Positions 60,601 to 64,000 of a DNA stretch of 64,000 nucleotides are shown in pieces. Positions within the stretch are counted from its first letter, which is position 1. Each line of letters begins with the position of its first letter. The notes under the pieces are model-generated. The model was not told the origin of the DNA, ran no database searches, and saw nothing but the letters and a program-made list of their open reading frames with translations. Source of the DNA: Styela clava (taxonomy: Eukaryota); NCBI RefSeq assembly GCF_964204865.1, contig NC_135259.1, forward strand, positions 4,464,001 to 4,528,000. Direction: 5' to 3'. Position numbers and translations under genes: made by a program.

Positions 60601-63600
60601 GGTCCACCTGAAAATGTCGGTGTGGCCCAGCAGCGGACAATGGCCCATTGGTTGAGAACTAGTGAACTAGACCTACCGGTAACTAGCAAGATGAGAAATA
60701 ATTTAAAATGGGAATGATTATGTCCAAAAATACACTTCATCAGTTTATTTCTATGTATATTGTATGATATCATATTTTTTATATCTAAAAAAATCAGATT
60801 TTAAAACCTAAAATAAACCTATGAATAGTAATTAGTATACAAAAAAAAAATTAAATTTATTTAATTATGAAATATCGAGCAATTTATACGTACATCATAA
60901 TGCTTTTGTAATCTTTTCGCCATGTAATTTGCGTTTAAAATTGCTACCTCGGATGCCTCTCGTAATCCTTTAGCTCCCATCAACTAAAACACAATATGGC
61001 AAAAATTAGCCTTTTCCAATTACAACTATCGTAATTATAATGGATATATTCTGGTTAGTTGCTAGCTCCTTTACTACAACTGCTGTAAAGACTATAATTT
61101 CATATAACACTTTATTTACGAGTTGGAATGGACATATATGGTTCCAACTTCCAATCACCATTTGAATAGGTGGCTTCCTTTGTGAAGGCTATTGAACTGC
61201 CATATAGACAGGTGTTTGTTTGTTTTTAAGTGCAACTACACAAAATGTATACTGACAATTAGGAAAAATGTCTTTTTTGCAACCAGTCAAAAAATCATGC
61301 ATCTATTATCCTTTACTAAAAATGCAACTTTGAGACAATTAAGTAGCAAATATAAATATATCTATAAGCAGATATTCATAGCATTTGAGCTTGGCATGTA
61401 TATTGGTTTCAAGTAGGCTTAATCATTCCACAAATATCAAAGGCCCAGATATAATCACATATTTATTAGCCTCTTACCTTAATATATGCCCAAGAAATAG
61501 GTAAAATACATGATGAACCCCATGGAGCTGCGCTTACTACCCCAAGGGGTTTTGCTCCCGGAAACAGTGATCCTGGAGGTGGGACCACTGGGTGTGTAGG
61601 TAAAAATGGTATCAAATGTTTTTTGACTCCGATCGGCCCCATTCCTGGACCCCCACCACCATGGGGTATACAAAACGTTTTGTGTAAATTTAAATGTGAT
61701 ACATCAGATCCATAATCACCTGGTCTGCAGAGCCCAACCTGAATGGAAATATGGAAATTACTTCATAAATGGTAGTGCCAAGCATGGGCGTAGCCAATGA
61801 AACATGGGTTTTCAAGAGTCTGTGGCATTTCAATCTACGGAAAATTGCTAGGTATAATACAGAAAAATGCTTTTTTTTACATTTCAAAGAGGGGGCAACC
61901 CCACACAGCCACACCTCTTGCTATGCCCCTGGTGCCAAGACAACGAGTACAGAGTTATACAGTCTTAGGTGAGAATGTTCAAAATGAAGTTTGAATAATA
62001 ATAGAAATTGTAATCAATATGAATAAAAAATGTCTTTTAGGAATTTAGAGTGCGAAAATGTATTTGATCGCCAACACATATTACAAAAATATTGCGAGCA
62101 TTGAAGACTTAACAATGTTAGCATCAGAGAGTAAAGTTTTTGCATTCAAACCCCATGCCCACATCCTCATACAAGGTGTAATAACATATGCTGAACTGTA
62201 AAAATTCTAGTTTTTCTAAAAACAGTAACTCTTTACCTACCAGTAATAATGAGCTTTTCTCAGTGTTAAGGTATGATAACCCTCATAAAAAGATAAATAC
62301 TCTACAAAAAGACTTTGTTGTTTAATTTAAAATTACGACTATTCCAAATTGAAATAACATTTTCTAGAAAATTCTTAAATCACCATGCTATTTATACTGT
62401 TGTAAAGAGATTGGGGATTTTGATCATTATAACTGACTTGATATGTGCACCTACCACACTAGCCTATCAAATTTTATTGTAACATTCAATTACAAAAGAA
62501 ATTCCCCTTGTAAGAATTTTATTAAGTCATATAACATCACTCAAATATGTAAGTATACAAAACACATACCATAGCAACAGCCAATCAGAATTACTCATTC
62601 CAGTGTGGTGTGTCTTACACTAGAAAAATTCCTCTGGGACTACATTATTATAATGTGTTTAAGTAACCAACTTGTTATAACGTGGAGGTTAACGACACGA
62701 AGACCACATAAAAGAAGAATTCTCATACAAACTAAATTCTACTACACTACATTTTAGTATCACCTGTGCATTCATATTAGCACCATCAACATATACTTGT
62801 CCTCCAAGTTCATGTATTAGATTACAAGTGTCCATGATATCGTCTTCAAATACTCCGTTTGTAGATGGGTATGTCAGCATGATTGCAGCAAGAAAATCAG
62901 CATATTTATTAGCCTAAAATATAAAAATCATATTGAAAAGTTTTTTAAAAAAATTATACAATTTAAGAGTATATTTAATAAAAAGAAACAGAGCAGAAAT
63001 GGTATTTCACAGTATTTAATCGGATTAAAATTGAACTGAATTTGGACGAGTCGACTTATCTACATAGGTATTACAGCACTCCAGAAGTATGTGTACCAAT
63101 ATGGAGGTACGGTAACTAAATTTGTTTGCCTACTTTACATCAAGTTTTGTAAAGGGACGAAAACTTATGGGCAGGGGGTTTATTCACTTGGCTAACGCAG
63201 ACAGTCCCCAAACTCGTAATAGAACTAAATTGGAATAAGGGAAAATAGGAATAAAATTATGGCCTAACCCAAACCTGGTACACACACTGCAGGAGTACCT
63301 AATTACTCAAACAGTGCCTTTTTTCTGAAATATTATTTACTCATAAGCAGATTGTCCAAAAAAACATAATCTGTCCAATCTAGTTCCAAAGTTTATTAAT
63401 TTATTTTAACATGAAAATGAATAAAATTCGATAAGCATGAATTTGCAAACCTTTTTACTAAGATCATCCAAATCTATTGAACCAGCTTTGTTCACTTTAA
63501 CTGGCACGACTTGCATGCCACACATTTGTGCAGATGCCGGATTAGTGCCATGAGCTGATGTTGGAATAAGACAAACAGTTCTCTTCTGTTCACCTTTCGC

Positions 63601-63652
63601 TCTCAGGTATGCTCGGATTGCAGCTAGTCCTGTGAATTCACCCTGAGCACCA
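57689..63652 (-). CDS. GLDC: Glycine dehydrogenase (decarboxylating), glycine cleavage P protein; last 8 coding exons, 5' part beyond right edge
   Basis: Exons 63451-63652 ([15 protein letters not shown]), 62764-62913 ([18 protein letters not shown]), 61478-61738 ([22 protein letters not shown] lysine), 60894-60983, 60189-60299, 59663-59777 ([19 protein letters not shown]), 58611-58756, 57689-57841 ([18 protein letters not shown], stop TAA). Confidence 0.97.
57862..58145 (-). mobile_element. tRNA-derived SINE (about 285 bp) in the last GLDC intron
   Basis: Minus strand starts GGCGGTGTGGTGCAAACGTTAGG (A-box-like), has GGTTCACACCCC (B-box-like) and an AT-rich tail; partial copies occur elsewhere in the window. 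Confidence 0.7.
59341..59552. mobile_element. Merlin-like MITE family B
   Basis: GG...CC termini, perfect 8-bp TSD TAACAATG, CCTAACCCTAACC motif; colinear with 63075-63299. Confidence 0.85.
61783..61931. mobile_element. hAT MITE (149 bp)
   Basis: CATGGGCGTAGC ... GCTATGCCCCTG; perfect TSD GTGCCAAG; TIR type shared with the 17758 element. Confidence 0.88.
63075..63299. mobile_element. Merlin-like MITE family B
   Basis: AGCACTCCAGAAGTATGTGTACC ... GGTACACACACTGCAGGAGTACC; homologous to the 59341 and 41094 copies. Confidence 0.85.
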
Positions 63653-64000
63653 CTGAAAAAATATTTGTTTGGTTAGTAGTGGCAAACAATAGAATATATG
63701 TCAGTGGGTGAGGGTAAAAAACGCCAATTAAAAAGCTTTTGGAGAGTATATAAAGCAAATAAGATTGGTGATCGCAAAGAATCAAAAAAAAAAAAATTGG
63801 GAAATTTATTTTTCACAAATTATTTTCACCCTTCATTAGGGAAAAGATAATTGAATTGACTGTGTATTTAGTTTCTGGCAAACAGAAAGTTAGTCTAAGA
63901 TTCCAGGTCAAAAAAAAATTTAACATCCATATAAGAGAAAGTCAAGTATTTGGCACATGCAAACCCCCTCAGCATATTTCTTACATAACCTAATTCTATT

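Overview
AT-rich animal genomic DNA with GT-AG introns. It is probably an invertebrate chordate such as an ascidian; this is inferred from gene structure, mosaic CpG depletion and abundant TGACGTCA. I reconstructed four host genes by hand from splice sites and reading phase. (1) A minus-strand multi-exon gene (ATG 7498, running off the left edge) encoding an S/P-rich protein whose N-terminus resembles CENP-C/Mif2. (2) An intronless SMC3 (9377-12991, minus) lying 1.8 kb upstream of it in the same orientation, possibly co-transcribed. (3) An 18-exon ROR-family receptor (20957-47665, plus; about 1179 aa; Ig-CRD-kringle-TM-kinase-long tail) with pseudokinase substitutions, an acidic CRD insertion, microexons and a beta-catenin-like DSGIHS degron. 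(4) The 3' part of glycine decarboxylase GLDC (57689 to the right edge, minus). Introns and intergenic DNA carry many DNA-transposon derivatives: hAT MITEs with 8-bp TSDs, Merlin-like MITEs, a long-TIR element, a self-nested hAT, and a near-intact 3-kb hAT broken only by T-run indels. There is also a tRNA-like SINE and a LINE RT remnant. No rRNA, tRNA or CRISPR feature is supported.
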